Positions 35,200 through 45,737 of a DNA stretch of 64,000 nucleotides are shown here, piece after piece. Under the pieces are notes generated by a model. That model was not told the DNA's origin. It ran no database searches and saw only the letters and a program-made list of their open reading frames with translations. The DNA comes from Candidatus Latescibacterota bacterium (lineage in GTDB: Bacteria; Latescibacterota; UBA2968; UBA8231): assembly GCA_965217585.1 (NCBI GenBank), contig OZ244561.1, positions 4,576,001-4,640,000 on the forward strand, in the 5' to 3' direction. Position numbers and translations under genes: made by a program. The stretch's first letter is position 1; every line of letters begins with the position of its first letter.

Positions 35200-36104
35200 C
35201 TATGAGTCACGAAATCAAAGACGTCCTGCCGGTTGTCCACATGCCGTACACCGACGACCAAGCCATTGATTACGCCGTATTGAAAGACGAGGTCGATTAT
35301 CTTTTTGAGACGGGGGCGCACGGGTTTTGCCTCGCCTTGGTATCCGACCTGTTGCGCCTGACGGCTGCCGAGCGGCTGGCGCTTCCGGCCCGGCTAGTGG
35401 AGTTTGCCCGCGGGCGCGGGCCGGTCATCATCGGCGTTGGAGCCGAGGGCACGGCCCAGGCCCGGCTCTACGCTCGCGCTGCTGAAGATGGCGGTGCGGC
35501 AGCCGTCATGGCCATTCCGCCGATTTCCCGCGCCTTGGGCGAGAGCGAGTTGCGCGCCTATTTTGCCGCCCTGCTCGCCGAGGTCTCCATTCCGGTCATG
35601 ATCCAAGACGCCAGCTCGTATGTCGGCAATCCCATGAGCATTGAATTTCAAGCGTCGCTCTTTTGCGACTACGGCGACCGCATCCTCTTCAAACCCGAGG
35701 CCACTCCTTTGGGGCCTTGCATCTCGGCCCTGCGCGACCACACCGAGGGCCGGGCCGGCATCTTTGAAGGCAGCGGCGGCTTGCTGCTGATTGACTCCTT
35801 CCGCCGCGGCATTCGCGGGACCATTCCCGGCGTCGAGCTGCTCGACGGCACGGTGGCCCTGTGGCGCGCGCTCGCAGCCGGCGATGAAGCGCGCGCTTAC
35901 CGGATCTACTTTCCCATCTGCGCCCTGTGTACGTTGCAGATCCAAGGGGGCTTGGACGGCTTCATCGTGGCCGAGCGCTACCTAATGCACAAGCGCGGCC
36001 TCTTTCCCAACCAAGTCCACCGCGGCCCCCTGAGCTACGCCCTCGACGCGGAAACGCGCGCCGAAATAGATCGTCTGTTCGACCTACTACAGGACGTGCT
36101 ATGA
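35196..36104 (+). CDS. dihydrodipicolinate synthase family aldolase/dehydratase
   Basis: LPVVHMPY..D..ID, VIIGVG, VMAIPP, MIQD, Schiff-base Lys in LFKPE. Confidence 0.82.
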   Translation: MTMSHEIKDVLPVVHMPYTDDQAIDYAVLKDEVDYLFETGAHGFCLALVSDLLRLTAAERLALPARLVEFARGRGPVIIGVGAEGTAQARLYARAAEDGGAAAVMAIPPISRALGESELRAYFAALLAEVSIPVMIQDASSYVGNPMSIEFQASLFCDYGDRILFKPEATPLGPCISALRDHTEGRAGIFEGSGGLLLIDSFRRGIRGTIPGVELLDGTVALWRALAAGDEARAYRIYFPICALCTLQIQGGLDGFIVAERYLMHKRGLFPNQVHRGPLSYALDAETRAEIDRLFDLLQDVL

Positions 36105-37267
36105 TCGACTCAAAGCGCATGCAGGCAGTACAAAGCCCGGTGATCCCGCATGTGGCTGCCCTCATCCGCGACAATCCGGGCACCATTTCCCTCGGCCAAG
36201 GCGTGGTTCACTATCCGCCTCCTTCCCAGGCCATGCAGGCGCTTGCCCACTTCGGCGGCGCGATTGCCGAACACCACTATCAAGCCGCCCGCGGCCTGCC
36301 CGAACTCAGAGCAGGGCTGCACCAAAAACTCGCCCGCGAGAATCAAATCGAGGTGACCGACGACCAGCTCCTGATGGTCACGGCCGGCTCCAACATGGGC
36401 TTTTACCACGCCTTGCTTGCCGTTGCCGACCCGGGCGATGAGATCGTCGTGATGTCGCCTTTTTACTTCAACCACGAAATGGCCGTGGCCATGGCCAATT
36501 GTCGGGCCGTGCTCGTGGCTACGGACGTTGCCTACCAACTCGACCTCGACGCGATTGAGGCCGCGATCACGGCGCGCACCCGCGCCATTGTCACGATCTC
36601 GCCCAACAACCCGACGGGCGCGGTCTATCGGCCCGAGGACTTGGCGGCGGTCAATCGGCTCTGCCGCGAACGGGGTCTCTACCACTTCGCTGACGAGGCG
36701 TACGAGTACTTCACCTATGGCGCGGCGCGGCACTTTTCGCCCGGCTCACTGCCCGAAAGCGCCGAGCACACCATCTCGCTATTTTCCTTTTCCAAGGCAT
36801 ACGGTCTCGCCAGTTGGCGGGTCGGCTACCTCGTGGCCCCACGGCACCTGCTGGGCGCGCTGGAAAAGATCCAGGACACTGTGCTCATCTGTCCGCCGGT
36901 CGTTTCGCAACGCGCCGCGCTCGGTGCGCTTGCAGCCGGAGCCGCGTACTGTAGGAGCCATCTAGCGGGTATGGATGCGGTGCGTCGGCTTTGCCTAGAG
37001 CGACTCGGCGTACTCGGCGAGCGAGTGCAAGTACCTGCGGCAGAAGGAGCTTTTTATTTATTAGCGCGTCTGCAAACCGACCTCGACGCGATGGACGTGG
37101 TCGCTCGCTTGGTGCGGGACCACAAGGTCGCGGTCATTCCCGGCAATGCCTTCGGATTGAGCGCGGACTGCTATTTGCGCGTTGCCTACGGTGCCCTGCG
37201 CCAAGAGGATGTGGCCGAGGGCTTGGATCGACTCGTCGGCGGTTTGGAGCAGATCCTCTCCGCTTGA
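36101..37267 (+). CDS. PLP-dependent class I/II aminotransferase
   Basis: ISLGQG, SPNNPTG, DEAY, SFSKAYGLASWRVG. Confidence 0.92.
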   Translation: MIDSKRMQAVQSPVIPHVAALIRDNPGTISLGQGVVHYPPPSQAMQALAHFGGAIAEHHYQAARGLPELRAGLHQKLARENQIEVTDDQLLMVTAGSNMGFYHALLAVADPGDEIVVMSPFYFNHEMAVAMANCRAVLVATDVAYQLDLDAIEAAITARTRAIVTISPNNPTGAVYRPEDLAAVNRLCRERGLYHFADEAYEYFTYGAARHFSPGSLPESAEHTISLFSFSKAYGLASWRVGYLVAPRHLLGALEKIQDTVLICPPVVSQRAALGALAAGAAYCRSHLAGMDAVRRLCLERLGVLGERVQVPAAEGAFYLLARLQTDLDAMDVVARLVRDHKVAVIPGNAFGLSADCYLRVAYGALRQEDVAEGLDRLVGGLEQILSA

Positions 37268-37288
37268 CATGGTGGGTTATTTAGACGT

Positions 37289-40126
37289 ATGTTTCGGCTA
37301 ACAAAGAGCGACCTGAATCGGCATAAAGAATACCTCAGGGGAAGTTTTCCACTCCTCTACGACGTGGAACTTCGACAAATATTGTATTCGGTATTCTGGC
37401 CGGTTGGTCGCTCTTCTTTTTTGTTTCTGCTCGCCCTCCTGCTCCTACCAACGGTCCTGCTCGCCCAACCCCTCGCTGTTACCCCGAGTGCGCTCGACTT
37501 GGGTGTAGTCGGCGTCGGTGTGGAGGCGCGAGCGTCCGTTTCCCTAGAAAATCTGCAAGACGACCCGCTCGAAGTAATCGTCGGCATTAGCGGTGCCGGT
37601 TTTGGCGCGGCAGCGGATACCTTGCGCTTGGACGGCAAGGGCGTCAGCCGCGTCGAAGTGCGCTTCAGCGCCGCCGCGGCCGGGAAGTATGTGGGCGAAC
37701 TGATCTTGCAGGTAGCCGCCTTGTTCAAAGACCAGCGCTTGGTCGTGCCGCTTCAAGCGGTGGCCGTCGTTCCGACCCTGGAGCTTTTGCCGGCCGAAGG
37801 GCTGGATTTTGGCGCAGTGCCCGTCGGGCAAGCGGCCACGGCAGCCGTTATCGTCAAAAACACTGGCACCGCGCCCGCGCCCGTGGTGGCCGGGCGGATG
37901 GACGTTGTGGATCCACAGGGCCCCTTTAGCGTTGAAGGCGATGTCGGCCCTTGGCCCGCCCCCGGCGGTGAAACGCGGATCGACGTTACTTTCGCGCCGA
38001 CGCGCGCGGGGCCGGTCGAGACTGAATTCGCGGTATCTTCGCCCGATTTTGGGGAATGGTCCATTCCTCTGCGAGGGAGCGGTTTGGTGCCGCAAGCGGC
38101 CTTTTCGCCCCTCCCGCAAGTGGGCCTCGACTTTGGCACCGCCGAGGTGGGCCAGCGCCTAACGCGCCGCGTGACCGTCCTCAATCAGGGCCAGGCCGAA
38201 CTGCACGTTGAAAACGCCGCCATTGAGGGCGCGGCCTTTGCCCTCGGGGCCGGGGACTCGTCGGCCACTATTGCTCCTCAGGGGCGGCTCGACCTGAGCG
38301 CGGCGTTTGTGCCGCAGAGCGAAGGCGACCAAAGCGGTATTCTGCGCCTGTACACCAGCGATCCGCAAGCCGCCGCGGTGGCCATTCCCCTCGCGGGTCA
38401 CGGCCAAATCAGCCCGCCGCGCATCGAGATTATCAATGGCGACATTGACTTTGGCAGCGTGCCCATCGGCGAGACTTCGCGCGAGCATTTGCTGTTGTGG
38501 AACAGGGGCGGCCAGCCGGGCGTGGTGGAGGTCGCCGTGGCCGCGGACGAGGGCGTTGAATTCGATCTCGAACAGCACTCGGTCCTCGTCCAGCCTAGGG
38601 GCAGCGCCCAAATAGTGCTGAGTTTCTCGCCCAAGGAAGCGGGCCCTCGCCAAGCTATCCTTCACATCGAGGTTGAAGCCGAGCGCCAGACCGTGCGCTT
38701 GCAGGGAGTAGGCCAGTTTTTCGCCCTCAACCCGGCGACCGTGGACTTTGGCCGAGTCGCCGTCGGCGAAAGCAGCAGCCGAGTCGTCGAAGTAGCCAAT
38801 GTGGGCAACGCCGACTTTGAGATTCACCAGCTTCGCTCGACGAGCGCCGAATTCACCGCCCACACTCCAATCGACGCCGACAACAAGTTCCTGCTGCCGG
38901 CCCACAGCCAGCGCACCTTGCCGCTGCACGTGGCTTTTAGCCCGTCGGCCCGCGGAGCGATTTCGGGGACCTTGCGCTTGGACGGCTTGGGCGCGAATGA
39001 GATGATGACGCTCGACATCCTGCTCAAGGGCAACGGCGTGGCCGCCGAAATCGAGCTGCATCCGGCGGGCGTCGTCGACTTTGGCTACCTGACCTTGGGA
39101 GAGCAGGCGGAAAAGACCTTCGTGGCCACCAACGTCGGCGATACCGTGCTGCAAGTAGAGGCGCATCCCCAAAGCAAGGAGGCCCACGTTGCGCCGGCGC
39201 AATTCGCGCTGGCCCCGGGCGAGTCCGCGCGCCTCGAGCTCTTTTTTGCGCCCGATGCCTTGGGCGAGCGCCGGGGGCGCGTTTTGTTGGTCAGCAACGA
39301 CGTCAAGGACCGCGCCCGGCCGCTCGAATACAAGGGGCACGGGGCGCTTGCAGACATCGACTTGGCGCAGATTGTCGAGGTCTTGGTCTCGCGCGGTGAG
39401 GAGACCCAGCCCTTGGCCGTCGGCTGGAACAACGCCCCCATTGTGGAAAAAGATGACACCAAAATTGATGTGGCCTTTGCGATTCCCGACTCGCTGCGGC
39501 GGGCGCTAATCGGTCGCGAGATGGTCGTCGAGTGGACTCGGCTCGACGAAAACTACGCCCCCAAAGGCAGTACCCAACAGAAGAAGGTCACGATCTACGA
39601 GTCGAGCGGCGGGCGCGTCCTAGCCGAGGATCTCAACTTGCTGCTGTCGGAAGAAGACAATCGCCGAGTGCGGCTCAAAATCACTACCCATAGCTACCCG
39701 GGTGCCCCGCCGCAGAGCGTGTCGCAGCTTTTGGAAGCTGGGGGCTGGAAGTGGGAATTTGAGGCCAAGCCGCTGGTTTCCTTTTTGACGATCCGCCCCG
39801 GGCGCGATTATACCGACGCCGACGGCAACGCGGTCCAAGGCCAAACCGAGCGCCTGATTGGCTTGCCCGGCTTGGCCTTTGCCGGCTGGCACAACGTGGA
39901 TAACCCATCGATTTCCGGCATCCATTTCACCGCCATCGGCAATGTCCTCGAAGCCCTTTCGACCGGAAACTCGCTGGCCATTTCTCTGGGCGTGGCCGTT
40001 TCTTTTTACAAGGATCAGTTCCTCTTCGGCTTCGGCTGGGACATTTACGACAGCCGACCCCAAGCCAAGAAGAAAGGCTCGCAGGACTACATTATGACCT
40101 TTAAGTACTCGGGGTTGTTCAAGTGA
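37289..40126 (+). CDS. surface protein with six tandem choice-of-anchor-D/ASH-like Ig domains
   Basis: Hydrophobic signal LLALLLLPTVLLA; six repeats of P..LDFGxVxVG...NxG...F.P...G; start codon uncertain. Confidence 0.78.
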   Translation: MFRLTKSDLNRHKEYLRGSFPLLYDVELRQILYSVFWPVGRSSFLFLLALLLLPTVLLAQPLAVTPSALDLGVVGVGVEARASVSLENLQDDPLEVIVGISGAGFGAAADTLRLDGKGVSRVEVRFSAAAAGKYVGELILQVAALFKDQRLVVPLQAVAVVPTLELLPAEGLDFGAVPVGQAATAAVIVKNTGTAPAPVVAGRMDVVDPQGPFSVEGDVGPWPAPGGETRIDVTFAPTRAGPVETEFAVSSPDFGEWSIPLRGSGLVPQAAFSPLPQVGLDFGTAEVGQRLTRRVTVLNQGQAELHVENAAIEGAAFALGAGDSSATIAPQGRLDLSAAFVPQSEGDQSGILRLYTSDPQAAAVAIPLAGHGQISPPRIEIINGDIDFGSVPIGETSREHLLLWNRGGQPGVVEVAVAADEGVEFDLEQHSVLVQPRGSAQIVLSFSPKEAGPRQAILHIEVEAERQTVRLQGVGQFFALNPATVDFGRVAVGESSSRVVEVANVGNADFEIHQLRSTSAEFTAHTPIDADNKFLLPAHSQRTLPLHVAFSPSARGAISGTLRLDGLGANEMMTLDILLKGNGVAAEIELHPAGVVDFGYLTLGEQAEKTFVATNVGDTVLQVEAHPQSKEAHVAPAQFALAPGESARLELFFAPDALGERRGRVLLVSNDVKDRARPLEYKGHGALADIDLAQIVEVLVSRGEETQPLAVGWNNAPIVEKDDTKIDVAFAIPDSLRRALIGREMVVEWTRLDENYAPKGSTQQKKVTIYESSGGRVLAEDLNLLLSEEDNRRVRLKITTHSYPGAPPQSVSQLLEAGGWKWEFEAKPLVSFLTIRPGRDYTDADGNAVQGQTERLIGLPGLAFAGWHNVDNPSISGIHFTAIGNVLEALSTGNSLAISLGVAVSFYKDQFLFGFGWDIYDSRPQAKKKGSQDYIMTFKYSGLFK

Positions 40127-41072
40127 GCAGGCGGTGGTACACCATGGCCGCCGCACACAAGTCCTGCGCCCCCATCCCCGTCAGATAGACCGCGCTCGGT
40201 GCTGCCGCGCCAAGCCGCCCGCAGGCGGCGTCGCCGATGTCCAGTACCGTGCCCTCGGCGTTCCGCGCCAAGGCGATCTGCTCGGCTTGGCCCTGCTCGG
40301 CCGCAAAGCGGAACTCCCCGGACTTCTGGGCTTGGGCGAGCACATCGACGACCACCGTGCGCTCGCACAGGACCTCCGGCGCGAGCTGGCGCGTGCGACT
40401 ATCCCCGGCGATGACCGCGAGGTAGGAGACCTCGGCCAGTGCCGCCGCAGTCAAAATGGGCTGCGGCGTCGGCACCGCCGTCAGCACGGCGTCGGCACCG
40501 GCTATACACGCCTCTAGCGACGCTGCTACCCGCAGGTGCGCTCGCAGGTCCGGCCCGACTGCTTCGGCAAACGCCGCCCGGTTCGCCGCCCGGCGACTCG
40601 TGCAGGCAATCTCCGCCAAATCAAAGAGCGCGTCGCAGGATAGGGCCAAGCTCCGCGCAATCCGGCCGGTCCCCAGAATGGCGACTCGCTCGATGGCCGC
40701 GCCCGCTAGATAGTGGAGACCCAGCGCCCCGGCCGCACCGGTGCGCTGGTCGGTGATGTGCCCGGCCTCTAGCCGCCACGCCCGGTCCTGTTGCAAATCT
40801 TCAAACGAGATATACGCCTCCCGCTTGGCCAGCCGCCCGGTCGCCACGTCTGAAAATTCTTCGATGACCTTCCGCGCGCGAAACTTCCCCGGCCATTCGG
40901 CCGGCATGTCCAAGCGAAAGTGGTCAAGTGCTCCGCTCTTTTGGATGGACTCGGTGCGCGGCGGATTGTCGATGATTCCCGCGCCGTACCGCTCGAACGC
41001 TTGGTGACAGGCGGCGAGGAAATCAGCCGTAGAGAAGCGATGTGCAAAGGCTTCTTCGCGTAGGAGATCCAC
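40119..41072 (-). CDS. ornithine cyclodeaminase/mu-crystallin family protein (divergent)
   Basis: ITDQRTGAAGA, ILGTGRIA, TGMGAQD. Confidence 0.75.
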   Translation of the reverse strand: MDLLREEAFAHRFSTADFLAACHQAFERYGAGIIDNPPRTESIQKSGALDHFRLDMPAEWPGKFRARKVIEEFSDVATGRLAKREAYISFEDLQQDRAWRLEAGHITDQRTGAAGALGLHYLAGAAIERVAILGTGRIARSLALSCDALFDLAEIACTSRRAANRAAFAEAVGPDLRAHLRVAASLEACIAGADAVLTAVPTPQPILTAAALAEVSYLAVIAGDSRTRQLAPEVLCERTVVVDVLAQAQKSGEFRFAAEQGQAEQIALARNAEGTVLDIGDAACGRLGAAAPSAVYLTGMGAQDLCAAAMVYHRLLT

Positions 41073-41136
41073 ATCTAATCCTTTGTTTGCTTGACGTAAC
41101 TTGCCGTTTTCTATTCATTAAAATAATGTTGGAGCG

Positions 41137-41604
41137 ATGGAACGAGAAAACCCCAACGTGCGGGAGCGAATTTTGTGGGGGCTGGCCGCAGTGGCCATAG
41201 CCTTTCTCCTCAAGGCGGCCTTCTGGCCACACTCTGCTGCTGGACCCGAGCCAACGCCCCAGCGGGAAGTCCCCAAGCCAGCAACCACTCCCCAACTTAG
41301 CCCCATTCGGGTCGAAATTCTCAACGGCGGAGGCGAAGCGCAGATCGCTGCCCGCCTCCGCAAAAAGGCACGCGCCCTCGGGCTAGACGTGATTCACGAA
41401 GGCAATGCCCCCAGCTTCAATTACCTACACACTCTCGTCGTCGATTTGGACGGCGATATCGAGCGAGCCCGGCAAGTGGCGGATGTCTTGGGAATACCCC
41501 ATTTTATCCAGCAGAAGAAGGAAGATCAGTTCAGCTTGGCGAGCGTCTCGATTATTATCGGGCGCGACTATCGCCGCATCGGCCTGCTCGACCCGGCCAA
41601 ATAA
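41137..41604 (+). CDS. membrane-anchored LytR C-terminal domain protein
   Basis: N-terminal TM segment, VEILNGGG, GNA, IIIGRDY. Confidence 0.8.
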   Translation: MERENPNVRERILWGLAAVAIAFLLKAAFWPHSAAGPEPTPQREVPKPATTPQLSPIRVEILNGGGEAQIAARLRKKARALGLDVIHEGNAPSFNYLHTLVVDLDGDIERARQVADVLGIPHFIQQKKEDQFSLASVSIIIGRDYRRIGLLDPAK

Positions 41605-41622
41605 CACCGAGAGAAAACGGCC

Positions 41623-42024
41623 ATGAGACCGTGCCAAGAGCCGCGCATCACCCGCGTCGTAGAAATTTTACAAGATAAAAAGGCCTTCGCAATAACCTTG
41701 CTGGACCTGCGCGATGTCACCGACACCTGCGACTATTTCCTGCTCTGTACGGGCACCTCTGAACAGCACATCCGCAGCCTCGCCGACGAAGTGCGGGACC
41801 AACTTGCCGAGATGGGGGAAAAGCCCTGGCACATTGAGGGCGCAGATACGCGGCGTTGGGTGCTGATAGATTACGTCGATTACGTCGTCCACATCTTTCG
41901 CGAGGAGGCGCGCGACTTCTACGCCCTAGAGAGGTTATGGGGCGACGCTGAACGCACGGACTTCGCAGATGGGGACGCGCCCGAGGAAGCGGCAGAAACG
42001 CCCCTTGAATTTTCGACCTTCTAA
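41623..42024 (+). CDS. rsfS: ribosome silencing factor
   Basis: DKKA, DYFLLCTG, WVLIDY..VVHIF, FYALERLWGD. Confidence 0.93.
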   Translation: MRPCQEPRITRVVEILQDKKAFAITLLDLRDVTDTCDYFLLCTGTSEQHIRSLADEVRDQLAEMGEKPWHIEGADTRRWVLIDYVDYVVHIFREEARDFYALERLWGDAERTDFADGDAPEEAAETPLEFSTF

Positions 42025-43064
42025 TGCCGATGCAAACGCTCAGATGGCAGGACGATGCGCTAATCCTGCTCGACCAGACTCGCTTACCCGAGGAGCTTGT
42101 GTACGCGACCTATAGCCACGTCGAGGACATTGCCTGTGCCATTGAAGGGTTGGTGGTGCGCGGCGCACCGGCTATTGGTTTGGCGGCTGCGTACGGCGTC
42201 GTGGTAGGTGCGCGCGCAGCAGTCGATTGTGCCCCCGAGGCCTTTTGCCGCCGCGTGGAAGCTGCCATCGCCCGCCTCGCCCGCACCCGACCCACTGCGG
42301 TCAACCTGTTCTGGGCCTTGGATCAGATGCAGGAGGTGTTGGCGGCGAATCGGGGCCGCGACAACCACGCCATCTGCGATGTCCTGCTAGAGGCTGCTCA
42401 CCGCCTCTTTGAGGAAGACCGCCAAATCTGTCGCCAGATCGGTGCCCACGGCGCGGCACTCCTGCGCAATGGCAGCCAAGTCATCACCCACTGCAACGCC
42501 GGTGGTTTGGCCACGGCTGATTACGGCACGGCCTTGGGGGTCGTCTATGCGGCCCAAGAGGCGGGTAAGAAAGTCGCCGTGTTTGCCGACGAAACCCGCC
42601 CCTTGCTCCAAGGCTCGCGGTTGACGGCGTGGGAGCTGATGCAGAGCGGCATCGATGTCAAGGTCATCTGCGACAATGCGGCCGCGACCGTACTACGGAG
42701 CGAGGCGATAGACTGCTGCATAGTGGGTGCTGACCGCATCGCCAAAAACGGCGACGTGGCCAACAAAATCGGCACCTACGGGCTGGCTATCCTCGCCCGC
42801 GAGCACGGCGTACCCTTCTACGTGGCCGCCCCGGTCTCGACCCTCGACATGGCCTTGGCCTCGGGAGCAGAAATCCCCATTGAGAAGCGCGATGCGGCCG
42901 AGGTTCGCGAAGGCATGGGCAAGCCCACGGCCCCAGACGCGGTACCGGTTTACAATCCGGCCTTTGACGTCACGCCCTGTGACTTGGTGTCGGCGATCAT
43001 CTCGGAAAAGGGCATTGCGCGCTCTCCGTACGAACCCGCCTTGCGCGCTTGGGTCGAGCCGTGA
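42024..43064 (+). CDS. mtnA: S-methyl-5-thioribose-1-phosphate isomerase
   Basis: LDQTRLP, VRGAPAIG, RPTAVNLFWA, THCNAG, ETRPLLQGSRLTAWEL, NKIGT, NPAFDVTP. Confidence 0.95.
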   Translation: MPMQTLRWQDDALILLDQTRLPEELVYATYSHVEDIACAIEGLVVRGAPAIGLAAAYGVVVGARAAVDCAPEAFCRRVEAAIARLARTRPTAVNLFWALDQMQEVLAANRGRDNHAICDVLLEAAHRLFEEDRQICRQIGAHGAALLRNGSQVITHCNAGGLATADYGTALGVVYAAQEAGKKVAVFADETRPLLQGSRLTAWELMQSGIDVKVICDNAAATVLRSEAIDCCIVGADRIAKNGDVANKIGTYGLAILAREHGVPFYVAAPVSTLDMALASGAEIPIEKRDAAEVREGMGKPTAPDAVPVYNPAFDVTPCDLVSAIISEKGIARSPYEPALRAWVEP

Positions 43065-43837
43065 GAACCTACTCGATCCTCTTGTTGCTGGCTCTGCTCG
43101 GTACGGCCCACTGCGCGAGCGCGCCGCGCTGGCGCAGCGACTCGGGCGACGCCGCGCCCGTCAGCCGCGAAGAATTCGACCCGCGCACCCTCGGCGAAGA
43201 CCCTTTGCTCATTGAGCCGGTGCAACGCGAGGGCAGCGACCAGGCCCAAACCTCAGCAGAGCCGGTGGTCCCCGTGCAAGACCGCGCTCCGGTAGCGAGC
43301 GCTTCGGTCTATCGCCTCCAGCTACTAGCCCTGAGTAATGAAGCCATGGCCCGCAAGCTCCGCGCCGAACTAGAACGCGCGCTCGGCGTGAGGATTTATC
43401 TAGTGGCCCGCAACGAGCACTCGGTGCTGCAAGCCGGCCAATACGCCACCCGCGCCGACGCTGCGGCTCTCAAGGAGCAGGTCGCCGCACTCGGCGCGGA
43501 CTACGCCGACGCCTATGTCGTCGAGGTTCCGGCGAGCACGGTGCCCGACTCCGCGCCGACGGAGGCCGCGCCCGAGCAGGTGAGCACCTTTGGCTGGAGG
43601 GTGCTGATTGACCAGTTCCTATCCCACGACGAAGCCAGCCGCCTCGAGGAAGAGGCCAAAAAGCGCCTGAAGCGCGAAGACATTTACGTGAACTTTAAGG
43701 CACCACCTTATTACAAGATCGAAGTCGGCAACTACCGCACCGAGGCGCAAGCCCAGACCGCGGCCGAACGAATCGGGAAGTACTACCCCAACGCCCTCAA
43801 GGTTCGCTCCCAAATTCTCGTCTCGCAGGAGGACTGA
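43061..43837 (+). CDS. SPOR-domain (lipo)protein with two SPOR domains
   Basis: Signal ending TAHC; YRLQL; PYYKIEVGNYRTEAQA. Confidence 0.75.
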   Translation: MRTYSILLLLALLGTAHCASAPRWRSDSGDAAPVSREEFDPRTLGEDPLLIEPVQREGSDQAQTSAEPVVPVQDRAPVASASVYRLQLLALSNEAMARKLRAELERALGVRIYLVARNEHSVLQAGQYATRADAAALKEQVAALGADYADAYVVEVPASTVPDSAPTEAAPEQVSTFGWRVLIDQFLSHDEASRLEEEAKKRLKREDIYVNFKAPPYYKIEVGNYRTEAQAQTAAERIGKYYPNALKVRSQILVSQED

Positions 43838-43843
43838 CGCTCC

Positions 43844-45736
43844 ATGCGCTTGTATTGCTGTGTCATCGCATTACTGCTCATGGCCTGTGCCCATGGCAAA
43901 AGCGCCAGACCTTTGGTCTTCGACGAGGCGGCCCCTGTCATGCCTGCGGACCCGCCGCCGGATACGGCCGACCTACGCGCCGTTCGTTGGCATTTGCTCC
44001 GCGCTATTGAAAGCCACGCTCTTGGGCAGACCCAACGGGCGCAAGAGGCCCTCGACGCGGCCTTCGGCATTCTCGCCGACCTCGACGAGCACGACGCGCT
44101 CGTCGATACCGCGCAGGCCGCAACTCTCGGCTTGGCTATTGAGCGGGCATACCTCGACCTGTTGCCGCACTTGGAGCGCTTTCCCGCCGACAGCCACTTG
44201 AACCTTCTGCTCGAAGGGCTATTCGAGGAAAAAATCGAGAATCTGCCGGCAGACGCCGAGCCTTTGGTCCGCATCCACCAGCTCGGCCGCCGCTGCGACA
44301 TGCCAATTGACGCCAATGACCGCGTCGTCGCTAGCCTCCACTTCTTCCAGACGCGGGGTCGCAAGACCTTTGCCACTTGGTTGCAGCGCGCCGGGCGCTA
44401 TCGCACGCTGCTCGTCGATATCCTCCGAAAAGAGGGGATGCCCAGCGACCTTTTTTATCTAGCGGTCATCGAGAGCGGCCTCAATCCAAGGGCCTATTCG
44501 CGGTCGCGGGCCGTGGGGTTGTGGCAGTTTATGGCGCACACCGGCCGCATGATGGGCCTCAAGCGCACCCACTGGATCGACGAGCGGCGCGACCCGATCA
44601 AGGCGACCGTTGCTGCCGCCCGGTACCTAAAAGACCTTTTCGCAGAGTTCGGCGACTGGCGCTTGGCCTTGGCCGCGTACAACGCTGGGCCAGGACGAGT
44701 TCGCCGGGCCATCGCCCGCGCCGACACCAACGACTACTGGCAACTCGATCTACCCCGCGAAACGAAAAACTACGTGCCGCTCTTCATGGCCGCGGCCGTC
44801 ATAGCCAAGGACCCGCAACTTTTTGGTTTTAAACTCCAAGCCGAAGAGCCACCCTTTGCATGCGAGGAAGTCGCCTTGCCCGAAGACTGGCTTTATGTCG
44901 ATCTGAAAGCGGCGGCTCAGCTTTTGGGTGTCGAACGCCAGGCATTGCACGACCTCAATCCCGAGTTGCGTCAAGACATCACGCCGCCGGGGTCCCGCTC
45001 TCCTTATACTCTGCGGGTGCCGCCCGGCAAGGGCCGGCTCTTGCTCGACCAGTACGCTAGCCTGCCGGTCCCGCCGGGGGCAGCGATCCATCAGTACCAG
45101 GTGCAACGCGGCGACACGATCTCTGGCATCGCCCAGACCTTTGGCGTTTCTACGCGGGTCGTTATCGCGGCCAATAGCCTCAAAAACCCCAACTTCATTC
45201 GGCCGCGGCAAATTCTCTATATCCCGATCTCGTCTCCGATTGCCCGGAGTGCCAAGCAAGCGCGTGGCAGCCGGGGTATCTATATCGTCCGGCCGAACGA
45301 CGTACTCGGCCGCATCGCTTCCCAGCACGGGGTGAGCCTGCGCGACCTGATGAAATGGAACGGCCTCAAAACCGATCTGATCAAACCCGGTCAGGAATTG
45401 GTGGTGCGACAGCTGCCTAGCCCCCGGGAGGTGCCGGGCAGCGGCGAGACCTACATAGTGCAGCCGGGCGATACGCTGTGGGAGTTGGCTCGACTCTTTT
45501 CGGTTAGCGTCGCCGACTTGCAGGCGTGGAACGGTATCGAAAAGGCGCTGATCAAACCCGGTCAACAGCTAACCGTGGCCAACGAGCAAGCGCAGGTGTA
45601 CACCGTGGTCACGGGCGATACACTGCACAGCATCGCCCGCAAATTCGGCCTTGTCCCCAGCGACATTGCCCGCCAGAACAACATCGGCCTCTCGGAGACG
45701 CTGCTGGCGGGCACGACCTTGCAAATCCCGAGGTGA
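43844..45736 (+). CDS. mltD: MltD-type lytic transglycosylase with four LysM domains
   Basis: Lipobox LMAC; IESG, AVGLWQFM, AAYNAG, ETKNYVP; four YxVxxGD-type LysM repeats. Confidence 0.88.
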   Translation: MRLYCCVIALLLMACAHGKSARPLVFDEAAPVMPADPPPDTADLRAVRWHLLRAIESHALGQTQRAQEALDAAFGILADLDEHDALVDTAQAATLGLAIERAYLDLLPHLERFPADSHLNLLLEGLFEEKIENLPADAEPLVRIHQLGRRCDMPIDANDRVVASLHFFQTRGRKTFATWLQRAGRYRTLLVDILRKEGMPSDLFYLAVIESGLNPRAYSRSRAVGLWQFMAHTGRMMGLKRTHWIDERRDPIKATVAAARYLKDLFAEFGDWRLALAAYNAGPGRVRRAIARADTNDYWQLDLPRETKNYVPLFMAAAVIAKDPQLFGFKLQAEEPPFACEEVALPEDWLYVDLKAAAQLLGVERQALHDLNPELRQDITPPGSRSPYTLRVPPGKGRLLLDQYASLPVPPGAAIHQYQVQRGDTISGIAQTFGVSTRVVIAANSLKNPNFIRPRQILYIPISSPIARSAKQARGSRGIYIVRPNDVLGRIASQHGVSLRDLMKWNGLKTDLIKPGQELVVRQLPSPREVPGSGETYIVQPGDTLWELARLFSVSVADLQAWNGIEKALIKPGQQLTVANEQAQVYTVVTGDTLHSIARKFGLVPSDIARQNNIGLSETLLAGTTLQIPR

Positions 45737-45737
45737 C

